Assembly (NCBI RefSeq): GCF_037902255.1
Contig: NZ_CP147990.1
Coordinates: 840,001 to 872,000, forward strand
Direction: 5' to 3'
Origin: Candidatus Electrothrix sp. GW3-4
Lineage (GTDB): Bacteria > Desulfobacterota > Desulfobulbia > Desulfobulbales > Desulfobulbaceae
DNA: 32,000 nucleotides
In this document: positions 16,855 to 26,165 of the stretch, piece by piece
How the letters are laid out: each line of letters opens with the position of its first letter
How positions within the stretch are numbered: the stretch's first letter is position 1
Notes under the pieces: generated by a model
Database searches by the model: none
What the model saw: the letters and a program-made list of their open reading frames with translations, nothing else
What the model was told of the DNA's origin: nothing
Translations under genes and position numbers: made by a program

Positions 16855-16996
16855 CCTGATCCGGGAACGGACAAAGGCCGGGCTGGAAGCGGCCAGGGCC
16901 AGAGGGAGGAAGGGCGGCAGAAAGCTGAAGCTGAAACCTCAGCAAATTGCCGCCCTGAAAACCATGTACGAGAGCAAGGCGCATACTGTTGAGGAG
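16855..16996 (+). pseudogene. Serine recombinase remnant R3 (internal fragment)
   Basis: LIRERTKAGLEAARARGRKGGRKLKLKPQQIAALKTMYESKAHTVEE. It is truncated at both ends and finishes 6 nt before the hsdR stop codon. Confidence 0.8.
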
Positions 16997-17002
16997 TTCA
17001 GC

Positions 17003-20000
17003 TCACCCCGCAGCAGTCAACTCATCAGCGATTTTTTCCGCCTGTTGCAGCACGGTTTCCGTGGCCAGTTTCTGCATATCAGGCGGGTAGCCGTATTTTC
17101 GCAAGGTGCGCTTGACCAGTACCTTGAGCTTTGCCCGCACATCCTCTTTGATGGTCCAGTCAATAGAGGCATTAGCCCGGACCTTCTCGGTCAGCACCAC
17201 GGCCAGTTCCCGCAGTGTGTCTTTCTTCATCAGCTCAACCGCGCTTTCATTATTTGCCACTGCGGTATAGAAGGCATATTCAAAGTCGGTCAGGCCCATG
17301 TTCTCGGCTTCCTGATCCTTTGCTTTCATATCTCTGCCAATGTTTATCAGCTCTTCAATCACTTCAGCAGCAGTAATGATTTTATTATGATAGCGTTTAA
17401 TGGAGTCTTCAAGCATCTCCATCAGGCTGTTGCTCTGGACCAGGTTTTTTTTGGCCCGGGCCCGGATTTCATCGTTGAGCAGCTTTTTCAGGACTTCCAG
17501 GGCAATATTTTTATGTTCCATCTCCCGGATTTCCAGCAGGAATTCTTCGGAAAGAATGGAAATATCCGGTTTCTTTATTCCGGCTGCATCAAAAATATCT
17601 ATCATCTGATGGGAAACAAGGGCCTGGTCAATGACCTGCCGGATCACCGCTTCCCGTTCCTCATCGGTCCGGCCTTGGTCTGTAGCGGAAAACTTGGCCA
17701 GCCGGGCCTTGATGGCCTGGAAAAAGGCCACCTCATCCTTGCAATCCAGGGCCTGTTCATGGGGAACAGCAAGGGCAAAGGCCTTGGACAGGGCCGCGAC
17801 TTCATCCATGAATCGTTTTTTGCCGTTTTCCAGGTGCAGGATAAAATCTTCCGCTGCCAGGATCAGGGAAAGCTTTTGTGAGGTGTCAGCGGCAAAGTAT
17901 TCCTCATAGGCAAAGCCGTGCAGCATCTGGGAGACGATTTCCAGTTTCTCCAGGAGCAGAGCAACGGCCTGTTCCTGCTCAACTGCCGGATCCCCCTTGC
18001 CGCCGCTGTCCGCATAAAAGGACAGGGCCTTTTTCAGATCCGAGGCAATGCCCAGGTAATCCACCACCAGGCCGCCCGGTTTATCCCCATAGACCCTGTT
18101 CACCCGTGCAATGGCCTGCATCAGGTTATGGCCCTTCATGGGCTTATCAATGTACAGGGTATGGAGGCAGGGCGCATCAAAGCCGGTCAGCCACATATCC
18201 CGGACAATAACCAGCTGTAAGGGATCATCAGGATTGCGCATCCGTTCTGCCAAGGCCCGCCGTTGTTGCTTGGTGGTGTGGTGCCTGGCTATCTCCTCCC
18301 CGTCTGAAGAGGCTGCGGTCATCACCACCTTGATGGTTCCCTTTTTCAGGTCGTCATGGTGCCAGTCCGGTTGCAGGGCGATGATTTCCCGGTACAGATC
18401 CGCAGCGATCCTGCGGGACATGGCTACAATCATACCCTTGCCCTGAAAGACCTCCTGCCGCTGCCCGAAATGGCGGACAAGATCCTGAGCAACATTTTTC
18501 ACCCGTTCCCGGCTGCCGATCAGGGCTTCAAGCTGGGTCCATTTGGCCTTGGCTTTCTGGGTTTCAGAAAGGTCTTCCCGGTCCAGTTCATCATCCAGTT
18601 CCTGAACAAGCTCCCGGCCTTCTTCGCTCAGGGTGATCCTGGCCAGCCTGCTTTCATAGAGGATCGGGACCGTGCTGCCGTCCTCAATGGCCTGGGCAAT
18701 ATCATAGATGTCCACATACTCCCCGAAAACAGCCGGGGTGTTCACGTCGCTGCTTTCAATGGGGGTACCGGTAAAGCCCAGATAGGTGGCCTTGGGCAGG
18801 GCGTCCCGCATGTACTTGGCAAAGCCGTACACCGTCTTTTTGCCGATGATTTGCCCCTGTTCGTCCTTGTCATCAATGGTCTTGGCCTGAAAGCCGTATT
18901 GGGTCCGGTGAGCCTCATCAGCAATGACCACAATGTTTTCCCGGTCAGAAAGCTGCTCATAGACATTGCCCTGTTCCGGCTGAAACTTCTGGATCGTGGT
19001 AAAGACCACCCCGCCGGAGGCCACCTGCAACAGGGCTTTCAGGTGCTGCCGGTCTTTGGCCTGGACAGGTTCCTGGCGGATCAGCTGTTTTGCAGCGGCA
19101 AAGGTATCAAAGAGCTGGTCGTCTAGGTCGTTTCTGTCCGTGATAACCACCACCGTGGGATTGTGCAGGGCAAGGACAAGTTTTCCCGTGTAAAAGACCA
19201 TGCTCAACGATTTACCGCTGCCCTGGGTATGCCAGACCACCCCGCCCTTTCTGCTGCCGTTGCTTGCACTGGCTTTAATCGTACTTTCAACCGCTTTATT
19301 GACCGCATAATACTGATGATAAGCAGCCAGCTTTTTCACCGTTTGGATACTGGTTAACCCGGTTTTGGGGTCTTCACTCTTGGACTGCTCAAAGACGATG
19401 AAATGGCGGATCAAATCCAGCAGAGTTTTCCGGTTCAGCATGCCGGTAATCAGGGTTTCCAGCTGGCTGATTAAGGGAGAGGCCTCGGTTTTGCCGTCTG
19501 CGCTCTTCCAGGTCATAAAACGGCTCAAGCCTGCGGACAGGGAACCGGCCCGTGCTTCCAGGCCGTCAGAGATGATCAGGATTGCGTTATAGGTGAACAG
19601 GGAAGGGAGCGTTTTTTTATAGGTGCCGAGCTGACGAAAGGCAGATTCAATGGTGGCCTGTTCATCAGTGGGATTCTTCAATTCAACGACCACCAAGGGC
19701 AGACCGTTGACAAAAAGGACAAGATCCGGGCGTTTTTCTTTGTTCTTTTCTGTGGCTGTGAACTGGTTGACCACGAAAAATTCGTTATTTTCCGGCTTGT
19801 CAAAATCAACCAGCCAGATGATTTCGCCCCGGTCAATGCCCTCCTTGCGCACGGTCACCTTGACCCCTTCAGTCAGCAGGCTGTGAAATTCTTTGTTGTT
19901 GCTGATCAGGTCCGGGGAATGGATGCGCTCAACCTGGTTGAATGCGTCTTCTTGGGCGTTGTGGGGGATGTCCGGGTTCAGGCGGCTGATTGCTGAACGA

Positions 20001-20143
20001 AGGGTTGCCGCCAGCAGGTATTCATCAAAGCTGTTGCGGAGGGGAGTTTTACCGTTCGGGGCAATGTTCGGGCCGTAGAAGTATTGATAGCCCAGGGGCT
20101 GAAAGCGTTCTATGGCGAGCTGTTCTATTTCTTCTTCAGTCAT
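17003..20143 (-). CDS. hsdR: Type I restriction enzyme, R subunit
   Basis: 1046 aa with Walker A HTQGSGKS, DEAH box VIADEAHRTQ, helicase C motifs (FTGTP, QAIARVNR) and a typical HsdR N-terminal nuclease region. It overlaps hsdS by 8 nt. Confidence 0.95.
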   Translation of the reverse strand: MTEEEIEQLAIERFQPLGYQYFYGPNIAPNGKTPLRNSFDEYLLAATLRSAISRLNPDIPHNAQEDAFNQVERIHSPDLISNNKEFHSLLTEGVKVTVRKEGIDRGEIIWLVDFDKPENNEFFVVNQFTATEKNKEKRPDLVLFVNGLPLVVVELKNPTDEQATIESAFRQLGTYKKTLPSLFTYNAILIISDGLEARAGSLSAGLSRFMTWKSADGKTEASPLISQLETLITGMLNRKTLLDLIRHFIVFEQSKSEDPKTGLTSIQTVKKLAAYHQYYAVNKAVESTIKASASNGSRKGGVVWHTQGSGKSLSMVFYTGKLVLALHNPTVVVITDRNDLDDQLFDTFAAAKQLIRQEPVQAKDRQHLKALLQVASGGVVFTTIQKFQPEQGNVYEQLSDRENIVVIADEAHRTQYGFQAKTIDDKDEQGQIIGKKTVYGFAKYMRDALPKATYLGFTGTPIESSDVNTPAVFGEYVDIYDIAQAIEDGSTVPILYESRLARITLSEEGRELVQELDDELDREDLSETQKAKAKWTQLEALIGSRERVKNVAQDLVRHFGQRQEVFQGKGMIVAMSRRIAADLYREIIALQPDWHHDDLKKGTIKVVMTAASSDGEEIARHHTTKQQRRALAERMRNPDDPLQLVIVRDMWLTGFDAPCLHTLYIDKPMKGHNLMQAIARVNRVYGDKPGGLVVDYLGIASDLKKALSFYADSGGKGDPAVEQEQAVALLLEKLEIVSQMLHGFAYEEYFAADTSQKLSLILAAEDFILHLENGKKRFMDEVAALSKAFALAVPHEQALDCKDEVAFFQAIKARLAKFSATDQGRTDEEREAVIRQVIDQALVSHQMIDIFDAAGIKKPDISILSEEFLLEIREMEHKNIALEVLKKLLNDEIRARAKKNLVQSNSLMEMLEDSIKRYHNKIITAAEVIEELINIGRDMKAKDQEAENMGLTDFEYAFYTAVANNESAVELMKKDTLRELAVVLTEKVRANASIDWTIKEDVRAKLKVLVKRTLRKYGYPPDMQKLATETVLQQAEKIADELTAAG

Positions 20144-21242
20144 AGCGTACTCTTACCTCTCCGCTCATGAGTTTGGGAAGTAGGGTATTGCGGAGGTTTT
20201 CGAGGGTGCGGATTTGTGCGGCATTATTTAGAATCTTGAAAAAAATTGGAGAAATTTCTTTCTCAAAATTTATAATCTCTTTTTCTAACGGGACAGTTAC
20301 AGAGTGTTCTTTGAATGTTTTGGTCGTGATAGTGTCAAAAACACTGCCATATGCCGCGCTGATGAGTTGGTCCACAACATTTGCCACAAGCAGGTATGTA
20401 AAAAAATAACAGTCCTGATACTCGGGAATGATTCCGTAATTTGATTGGCTGAAAGCCATATTCTCCGCCAAAATAGCATATTTTCCAACAGTGCCTCTTG
20501 CGGAAATGATCGTGCTGAATTGAGGCAAAATTTTTGTTGAGCTGTTGTTTAACCCTTCAGTTGTTATTGTTTTTTCTGTCGATAAAACAATACTTTTGTG
20601 ATTAGGCGTTATATCTTTTGCTGAAAGCCAGCCTATATCACCATTCCAGTATTCATCAATAGACGTTTTCGGAGTCCCGCCGCCTATCAGCTTGATGCAG
20701 TCGTATAAGGATTTTTCCTCCCAATCATCCTCCGCCTCTTCAATAAACCACTGCCTGAACAGCGTTTCCGCCATTGCCTCAAGGGTTTTATTCTGGCGGT
20801 GGAGCAGGTCTATTTTGTCATCAAGACAGGATAGAGTCGAAGCTATGGCTTTTTGTTCGGGGAGCGAAGGAAGTAAAACATTTTCTTCATGAACATCATT
20901 TCGATTTATACCTGGAACCGCGCTTTTATCATTAAATTTTTCCCAATTTATCCCCTGAAGAAAATAATAAACAAAGAACTCGTTGTTATTTTTAAAATTT
21001 TCAACATACAATGTCGTATTAAGCGGCCAGTAGGCTTGCTGGGCTAAAAAAACTTTTCCTATTGTTCCATAGCGACCGGTTATAACACCAACACCTTCTA
21101 CTTTTGACTTATTGTGGAATCCTGAAATTCCCGATGATGAAAAAATTGGAATATCTCCATTCTTTCTTAGTCGTTTTGGTAAATCGTAACCACGTTTTAA
21201 GTTTAACACTTCCCCGAGCTTACATTCCTTCCACTCACCCAT
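20136..21242 (-). CDS. hsdS: Type I restriction enzyme, S (specificity) subunit
   Basis: Two target-recognition domains are separated by the conserved spacer [15 protein letters not shown], with a C-terminal [17 protein letters not shown]. The start [12 protein letters not shown] at 21242 overlaps the hsdM stop. Confidence 0.9.
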   Translation of the reverse strand: MGEWKECKLGEVLNLKRGYDLPKRLRKNGDIPIFSSSGISGFHNKSKVEGVGVITGRYGTIGKVFLAQQAYWPLNTTLYVENFKNNNEFFVYYFLQGINWEKFNDKSAVPGINRNDVHEENVLLPSLPEQKAIASTLSCLDDKIDLLHRQNKTLEAMAETLFRQWFIEEAEDDWEEKSLYDCIKLIGGGTPKTSIDEYWNGDIGWLSAKDITPNHKSIVLSTEKTITTEGLNNSSTKILPQFSTIISARGTVGKYAILAENMAFSQSNYGIIPEYQDCYFFTYLLVANVVDQLISAAYGSVFDTITTKTFKEHSVTVPLEKEIINFEKEISPIFFKILNNAAQIRTLENLRNTLLPKLMSGEVRVRYD

Positions 21243-22779
21243 CAACAACCACCTTTGCCAACTTTTCAGCAATCACCCCATTCAACCGCTCTTCCTCCTG
21301 CAACTGCTCTGCAAACTCCGCCTGCAAGGCCGTAAAACGCTCCTTAAAATCAAAATCATCCTCTTCCGCAGCCAAACCTACGTATCGGCCCGGTGTGAGC
21401 ACATAGCCCAGTTCTGCCACCTCCTCGACCGCAGCGGATTTACAAAACCCTTTCACATCCTCATACCCGCCGTCCGTATTACGCCATCCATGATAGGTTT
21501 CCGTAATCATGCTTATATCCTCATCGGAAAACTCCTTGGTGCGCCGGTTGATCAGGTGGCCCATGTTGCGGGCATCAATGAACAGGATTTCATCCAGCCG
21601 GTTTCTGAATTTGCCGTTGGCCCTGTTTCGGCTGAGAAACCATAACGAGGCCGGGATCTGGGTATTGAGAAAGAGCTTAGGCGGAAGATTGACAATGCAG
21701 TCAACCAACCGGGCTTCCACCAGGGCCTTGCGTATCTCCCCTTCACCGGAGGTATTGGAGGTCAGTGCCCCCTTTGCCAGTACAAAACCGGCCTGTCCTG
21801 TGGGGTTGAGGTGATAGAGGAAGTGTTGAATCCAGGCATAGTTGGCATTGCCGCTGGGCGGTGTCCCGTACTTCCACCGTCCATCTTTGCGCAGCTGGTC
21901 CCCGCTCCAGTCGCTGTCATTAAAGGGCGGATTGGCGATCACATAATCAGCCTTCAGATCCTTATGGCCATCATTGAGAAACGAGCCCTCGTTGTTCCAC
22001 TGTACCTGAGAGCTTTCTATATGCCGGATAGCAAGGTTCATCTTGGCCAGCCGCCAGGTTGTCCGGTTGCTTTCCTGGCCGTAGATGGAAATATCATTGA
22101 TCCGGCCCTGATGCTCCACCACAAACTTTTCTGATTGGACAAACATGCCCCCGGATCCGCAACAGGGATCAAGCACCCGGCCCTTGTAGGGCTCCAGCAT
22201 TGCAACCAGCAGCTGCACCACCGAGCGGGGCGTATAGAACTGGCCCCCTTTTTTGCCTTCAGCAAGGGCGAATTCACCAAGAAAATATTCAAACACATGG
22301 CCCAGCACATCAGCGCTGCGGGCCTTGGCATCCCCTAAGGCAATATTGCCGATCAGATCAATCAGACCGCCCAGGGAGGCCGGGTCGAGCTGCTGCCGGG
22401 CATAGACCTTGGGCAGCACCCCCTTGAGGGAGGGATTTTCTTTTTCAATGGCATCCATTGCCGTGTCCACGTCCTTGCCGATCTCGGGCAGCTTGGCCCG
22501 CGAAAGGAGATGAGACCAGCGGGCCGTTTGCGGGACAAAGAAGACGTTTTCTGCTGCGTATTCATCCTTGTCTTCCGGGTCTGCTCCTTCATATTCCCCT
22601 TTCCCGGCAACAAGCTTGCTGTGCAGGTTTTCAAAGGAATCAGAAATATATTTCAAGAAGATCAGCCCTAACACAACGTGCTTATACTCTGCTGCATCAA
22701 TATTTTTGCGAAGCTTATCTGCGGCCTTAAAGAGCTGTTTTTCTATGGGTTCATCAGTCTTTTTTTTCTTTTTTGCCAT
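21235..22779 (-). CDS. hsdM: Type I restriction enzyme, M subunit (N6-adenine DNA methyltransferase)
   Basis: 514 aa with the HsdM N-terminal domain ([11 protein letters not shown]), an AdoMet motif ([11 protein letters not shown]) and the catalytic NPPF ([12 protein letters not shown]). Confidence 0.95.
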   Translation of the reverse strand: MAKKKKKTDEPIEKQLFKAADKLRKNIDAAEYKHVVLGLIFLKYISDSFENLHSKLVAGKGEYEGADPEDKDEYAAENVFFVPQTARWSHLLSRAKLPEIGKDVDTAMDAIEKENPSLKGVLPKVYARQQLDPASLGGLIDLIGNIALGDAKARSADVLGHVFEYFLGEFALAEGKKGGQFYTPRSVVQLLVAMLEPYKGRVLDPCCGSGGMFVQSEKFVVEHQGRINDISIYGQESNRTTWRLAKMNLAIRHIESSQVQWNNEGSFLNDGHKDLKADYVIANPPFNDSDWSGDQLRKDGRWKYGTPPSGNANYAWIQHFLYHLNPTGQAGFVLAKGALTSNTSGEGEIRKALVEARLVDCIVNLPPKLFLNTQIPASLWFLSRNRANGKFRNRLDEILFIDARNMGHLINRRTKEFSDEDISMITETYHGWRNTDGGYEDVKGFCKSAAVEEVAELGYVLTPGRYVGLAAEEDDFDFKERFTALQAEFAEQLQEEERLNGVIAEKLAKVVVDG

Positions 22780-23033
22780 GTGGATATGGTTTCCCGGTTC
22801 TATGCTCTCCGGGAACGGTATTTTTATATGAATGTTTGTGGTATGGGAAAGTATCCTACGGTCTTAGCATAGCAGGAGGAAAGGTGCAATATGTTCAGCA
22901 GGAGAATTCTACAGAAGCTTTTTTTTGAGCTATAAAGTTTCCATAGTCTCCCAGCAGCTTTTCAGAGGCTCCTGGAAAAGTTTGAAAGAATCATACGGGT
23001 GTCTGAGCAGTGATAAACGATTCCAACATATTA

Positions 23034-23084
23034 CAAACCCACAGGGGGGTGGGTTTGCCCGTGGGTTTGCCTGTGGGTTTTCCC
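23034..23084. repeat. GTGGGTTT repeat array (1 inverted + 3 direct at 12-bp period)
   Basis: aaacccac (23035-23042), then gtgggtttgcc at 23049, 23061 and 23073 (the last reads gtgggttttcc). It lies 255-305 nt upstream of the hsdM ATG. Confidence 0.7.
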
Positions 23085-23252
23085 GTTTGACAAGGGATTA
23101 TACCTGACAACCAGGGTATATCAGGCGGGTGTTTCGCTGTCTCCGGCCAGCCGCTCCGCCTTGATCCTTTGCCATTTCCCCCAGCTCTCCGGGCTGCTGA
23201 CCGGGCGGGTTCAACTTGCCCCGGTCACCGGAAACAATCTCCCGTATTTCTT

Positions 23253-23528
23253 TCACACAACCTCAATACGAAGCGTTTTCCCGAACGCCTGCGCAAACTT
23301 CGCCAGCGTGGACAGCTTCACATCCTGTGCATGGTTTTCAATCCGGGAGACAGCGGTTTTCTTGGTATGCATCTTTTCCGCTACCTGCTCCTGTGTCATC
23401 CCGGCTTCTTCCCTTGCCGCTTTGAGCATGGCCCCTATTTTGAAGTCCTGATACCCGGCTTCATAGCCCTCTGCAAATTCAGGGTCACGGGCCTTGCGTT
23501 CCTTGATGTAGGTCTGTAATTTTTTCAT
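23253..23528 (-). CDS. XRE-family HTH antitoxin (HigA-like)
   Basis: 91 aa. HTH GMTQEQVAEKMHTKKTAVSRIEN. It overlaps the upstream toxin gene by 4 nt. Confidence 0.8.
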   Translation of the reverse strand: MKKLQTYIKERKARDPEFAEGYEAGYQDFKIGAMLKAAREEAGMTQEQVAEKMHTKKTAVSRIENHAQDVKLSTLAKFAQAFGKTLRIEVV

Positions 23529-23878
23529 TCCGTTTTCCTCCTGAAATAGTCCTTCTTTCTGGCCTCGGCTGTTTTTATATCCCGCTTCGGTGTCTTCTGC
23601 GTTTTCTTCTGAAACGCATGATCCAGAACAATGAGCTTCTGGCCGTCAAAGAAACCGAGCAGGCGGAAAATGTTATTGCCTGCGCCAACCCGCACTTCCC
23701 ATATATCATCTGTGCTGACAAGTTTCTTGAGATAGTTGGTCGGGACAGTGGGCAGCTCTTCAATCAGCTCCAGCACCCATGCCACTTTGCGGGCCTGCTG
23801 TCCTGTCAGTGAATCCAGAAACTCTTCAACAGGGCATTTTCCCGATGCGGTTTCGTACAATATGATTTCTCGTTTCAT
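23525..23878 (-). CDS. RelE/HigB-type toxin (phage Gp49-like family)
   Basis: The start at 23878 (MKREIILYETASGKCPVEEFLDSL...) is typical of the Gp49-like family (..IWEVRVGAGNNIFRLLGFFDGQKLIVLDHAFQKKTQKTP). The gene order is toxin first. Confidence 0.8.
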   Translation of the reverse strand: MKREIILYETASGKCPVEEFLDSLTGQQARKVAWVLELIEELPTVPTNYLKKLVSTDDIWEVRVGAGNNIFRLLGFFDGQKLIVLDHAFQKKTQKTPKRDIKTAEARKKDYFRRKTE

Positions 23879-24307
23879 GATTATAATGTTAACATGCTTG
23901 GTAACATTGGGCAAGGAATTATGAGAATAGAGAAGAAGCTTTCCCCTTTACTTGCTCTGCCCTGTCTGATCCTGAGTTTATCAAACCCAAAAAAGGCAAA
24001 AATGAACCAAAACAGCATTTCACCTCTTTTTCTCTCTCACATGTCTCTTTATCAGGAAGAACATGCACTGCAACAGGCGCAAAAAACCGCCTGTACATGG
24101 CTATACATGTAAACGCATACGTTTTCGTTGCCCTAAATCGGCTTTCTGTCCTTTTCTCCCGAACACAGCAAAACGCATTGACATTATATGATATATTCAT
24201 AATTCGCCTTATCAGAGATGGTTACGGAAACGTTGCCCTAAAACAGCCCTTATGGTTACGGTTTCGTATGAGTGTATGGGCAATGTTTCCGTATGCGAGA
24301 ATTATTT

Positions 24308-24757
24308 TCATGCTTTCACCGGCTGCTCTTTTTTCGCCTTTATGAAACCTCGCTGGCGGGTGTCCTTGATTCGCTTCTCAAAGACTTTTCCGGGTATCCA
24401 GATTTTCCATTGATCGGATAGTCCATAGATTGTCTTGTCCTGTTGATATGCTCCGCCCGGATGCTTCACCGTAATAAATCCCTTTGCCAACAGCTCATCA
24501 ATGGCCCTGGTCAATCGGGGCTGTGTTATGCCGTATTTCTTTTTGGCTTCAATGTAGGTGAAAGAAAGGCTGTTGCAGTTCGTACAGGTCTTTTTGCCGT
24601 CAACAGTATCGAAGTAGCGTTTGCCGAAAATAATTATCAATACTTGCGGTGCAGCTCCTTTCAGGGCAAGAAATGCTTTTGATTCGTACACCTCACGGTG
24701 AATATACGTTCCTGCTGCTTCCTTGCCTTTCCATTTCTTTTTCTTGTAACCGGCCAT
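24308..24757 (-). CDS. Island-encoded basic protein with probable winged-helix DNA-binding motif (function unknown)
   Basis: 149-aa ORF with Lys-rich termini. The segment YGITQPRLTRAIDELLAKGFITV looks like a wHTH recognition region. It lies next to an iteron-like repeat cluster. Confidence 0.55.
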   Translation of the reverse strand: MAGYKKKKWKGKEAAGTYIHREVYESKAFLALKGAAPQVLIIIFGKRYFDTVDGKKTCTNCNSLSFTYIEAKKKYGITQPRLTRAIDELLAKGFITVKHPGGAYQQDKTIYGLSDQWKIWIPGKVFEKRIKDTRQRGFIKAKKEQPVKA

Positions 24758-24778
24758 TATTGAACCTCTATTACCGGG

Positions 24779-24982
24779 TTACTGTGTCAGCCCCTCTTTC
24801 TTGGGAATGATTCGGTGACCTTCCATAAAGGAAACTACATCCTCCACCTTGTAGCGGATGGACGCGCCTATCTTGGAATAGGGAATGCCTTTGCACTTGC
24901 AGCGGTCATTCCGCAAGGTCTGCACTGCCCGCCCGGTCATCTCTGCCACGTCTTTTTCTGTAATCCATTTGGGTGCTGTCAT
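24779..24982 (-). CDS. AlpA/MerR-like HTH excisionase-family protein
   Basis: 67 aa. ITEKDVAEMTGRAVQTLRNDRCKCKGIPYSKIGASIRYKVEDVVSFME matches the HTH_17/excisionase pattern. It sits in an integrase-proximal position. Confidence 0.75.
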   Translation of the reverse strand: MTAPKWITEKDVAEMTGRAVQTLRNDRCKCKGIPYSKIGASIRYKVEDVVSFMEGHRIIPKKEGLTQ

Positions 24983-25264
24983 TGTTTCACCTTCTATTAA
25001 GTAGTGAGAAATTTACTATGAATGCTTTTCAGGAACCTGTCTGTCCCTCATTTCAATCTACTTATACTCATGCATAGATGAGAATACCGTTCCATTAATA
25101 AGGACGTAATAAATTACATAAATAAAATCAGTGCATTGATTTTATTTATGCCTTTGAAAAAGTGTGGTAGGGGTATTGAGAAAGTGAATTACCTAAAGTA
25201 CAGGCAGAAAAAAGAGAGGAAGATAGAAGAAGGAAGTAAAGAACGCTACGGAAGTTTCAAAAGG

Positions 25265-26125
25265 CTATAGTTTCTTGGAAGGTATCAAGCCTTTCCAGTA
25301 ATTTTCTGAGAAGCAGGAGCGTTCCGAATCAAGGTCGTCTCGGCTGGACCACCAATTTTTGACTTTTCGTAATTCTGCATAAAGAGACTTTCTTGCTGAA
25401 TCAACGCTGTTGTAGTCAAACTCTTGCTGCACAAATTCAAGAGATTCTTCCCGGCTCTTGCCTTCATTACGCACCAGCCGGACATATTTTTCATACGCCC
25501 CACGATGATCTCTGGATAGCCTGTTTCCCTTCTTTCCGCTACTTAGGCCCAATGCCTGCACCACCCGCGCATTCCTTTTGTGCGAGTCATCTTTATCTCT
25601 TTCTTTATAGGCTTCACGGGCAGCGGCAACCAACGATTCCAACTTTTTGTATTCTTTGATAAGATGTTTTTTAATATATTCGGCATCTCTAACATACTCT
25701 CGAATTTCTTTAGATAACTCTGGCGTAACTTCTCGAAAATTATAATTTTTCATCCAGGAAGGCCATTCTGTATCAAAAAATTCACATCCTGTGTCACCGA
25801 AAAATATTTCAAGCTCAGTTAGAATGCCTTTTGTTGGGTGCCTGTAGTCCGGCAGAAGATCAAGCATTTTTTTTTGTGCGACACGAAAACTGCTGCAATA
25901 TTTTATCGCATCTGCATCTGAAAGAAAGCAACCGCCTTCCTTCTTAATATCGTCACACCCCAATTCATCATTAAAAGGTAACAAGCATTCTTTACATTCT
26001 TTATCAATCCGCTGTTGCAAACCATCCTTTATCTGGCCTGTCAGATTCATGTATTCAAGAGTCGCCTTACCTAAAGAATCAGAGTGCTTTTTTGTAACCT
26101 CGAACGCGGCTTCTTTTTTGTCCAT
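25265..26125 (-). CDS. Hypothetical protein (286 aa), no recognisable family
   Basis: ORF 25265-26260. I prefer ATG 26125 (MDKKEAAFEV...), which avoids overlap with the integrase 3' end. The 5' half is more AT-rich than the 3' half. I recognise no motifs. Confidence 0.55.
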   Translation of the reverse strand: MDKKEAAFEVTKKHSDSLGKATLEYMNLTGQIKDGLQQRIDKECKECLLPFNDELGCDDIKKEGGCFLSDADAIKYCSSFRVAQKKMLDLLPDYRHPTKGILTELEIFFGDTGCEFFDTEWPSWMKNYNFREVTPELSKEIREYVRDAEYIKKHLIKEYKKLESLVAAAREAYKERDKDDSHKRNARVVQALGLSSGKKGNRLSRDHRGAYEKYVRLVRNEGKSREESLEFVQQEFDYNSVDSARKSLYAELRKVKNWWSSRDDLDSERSCFSENYWKGLIPSKKL

Positions 26126-26165
26126 ATAATCTATGATCCTTTCCTTTGTTCTTCGGGTAAACTTG

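Noticed and set aside
16964-19126. Long plus-strand ORFs (16964-17881, 305 aa; 18356-19126, 256 aa; and others) opposite hsdR
   Set aside because: They are antisense shadow ORFs inside a well-supported hsdR gene. Their composition is low-complexity and Gly/Leu/Phe-rich, with no motifs or RBS. The first one only starts by reading out of recombinase remnant R3.
14280-21272. Phase-variable type I R-M (hsdS shufflon driven by the adjacent recombinase)
   Set aside because: I saw no inverted hsdS TRD copies. The recombinase copies are direct repeats and all lack the catalytic N-terminus, so an inversion switch is not supported.
22891-22935. 14-codon mini-ORF (MFSRRILQKLFFEL) with AGGAGG 10 nt upstream
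   Set aside because: It is too short to support from sequence alone and lies on the strand opposite all neighbouring genes. It could be a chance SD-ATG pair.
23034-23084. CRISPR-like array (also considered for 27567-27600)
   Set aside because: The repeats are only 8-12 bp long, contiguous and without spacers, and no cas genes are present. I report them instead as possible protein-binding arrays.
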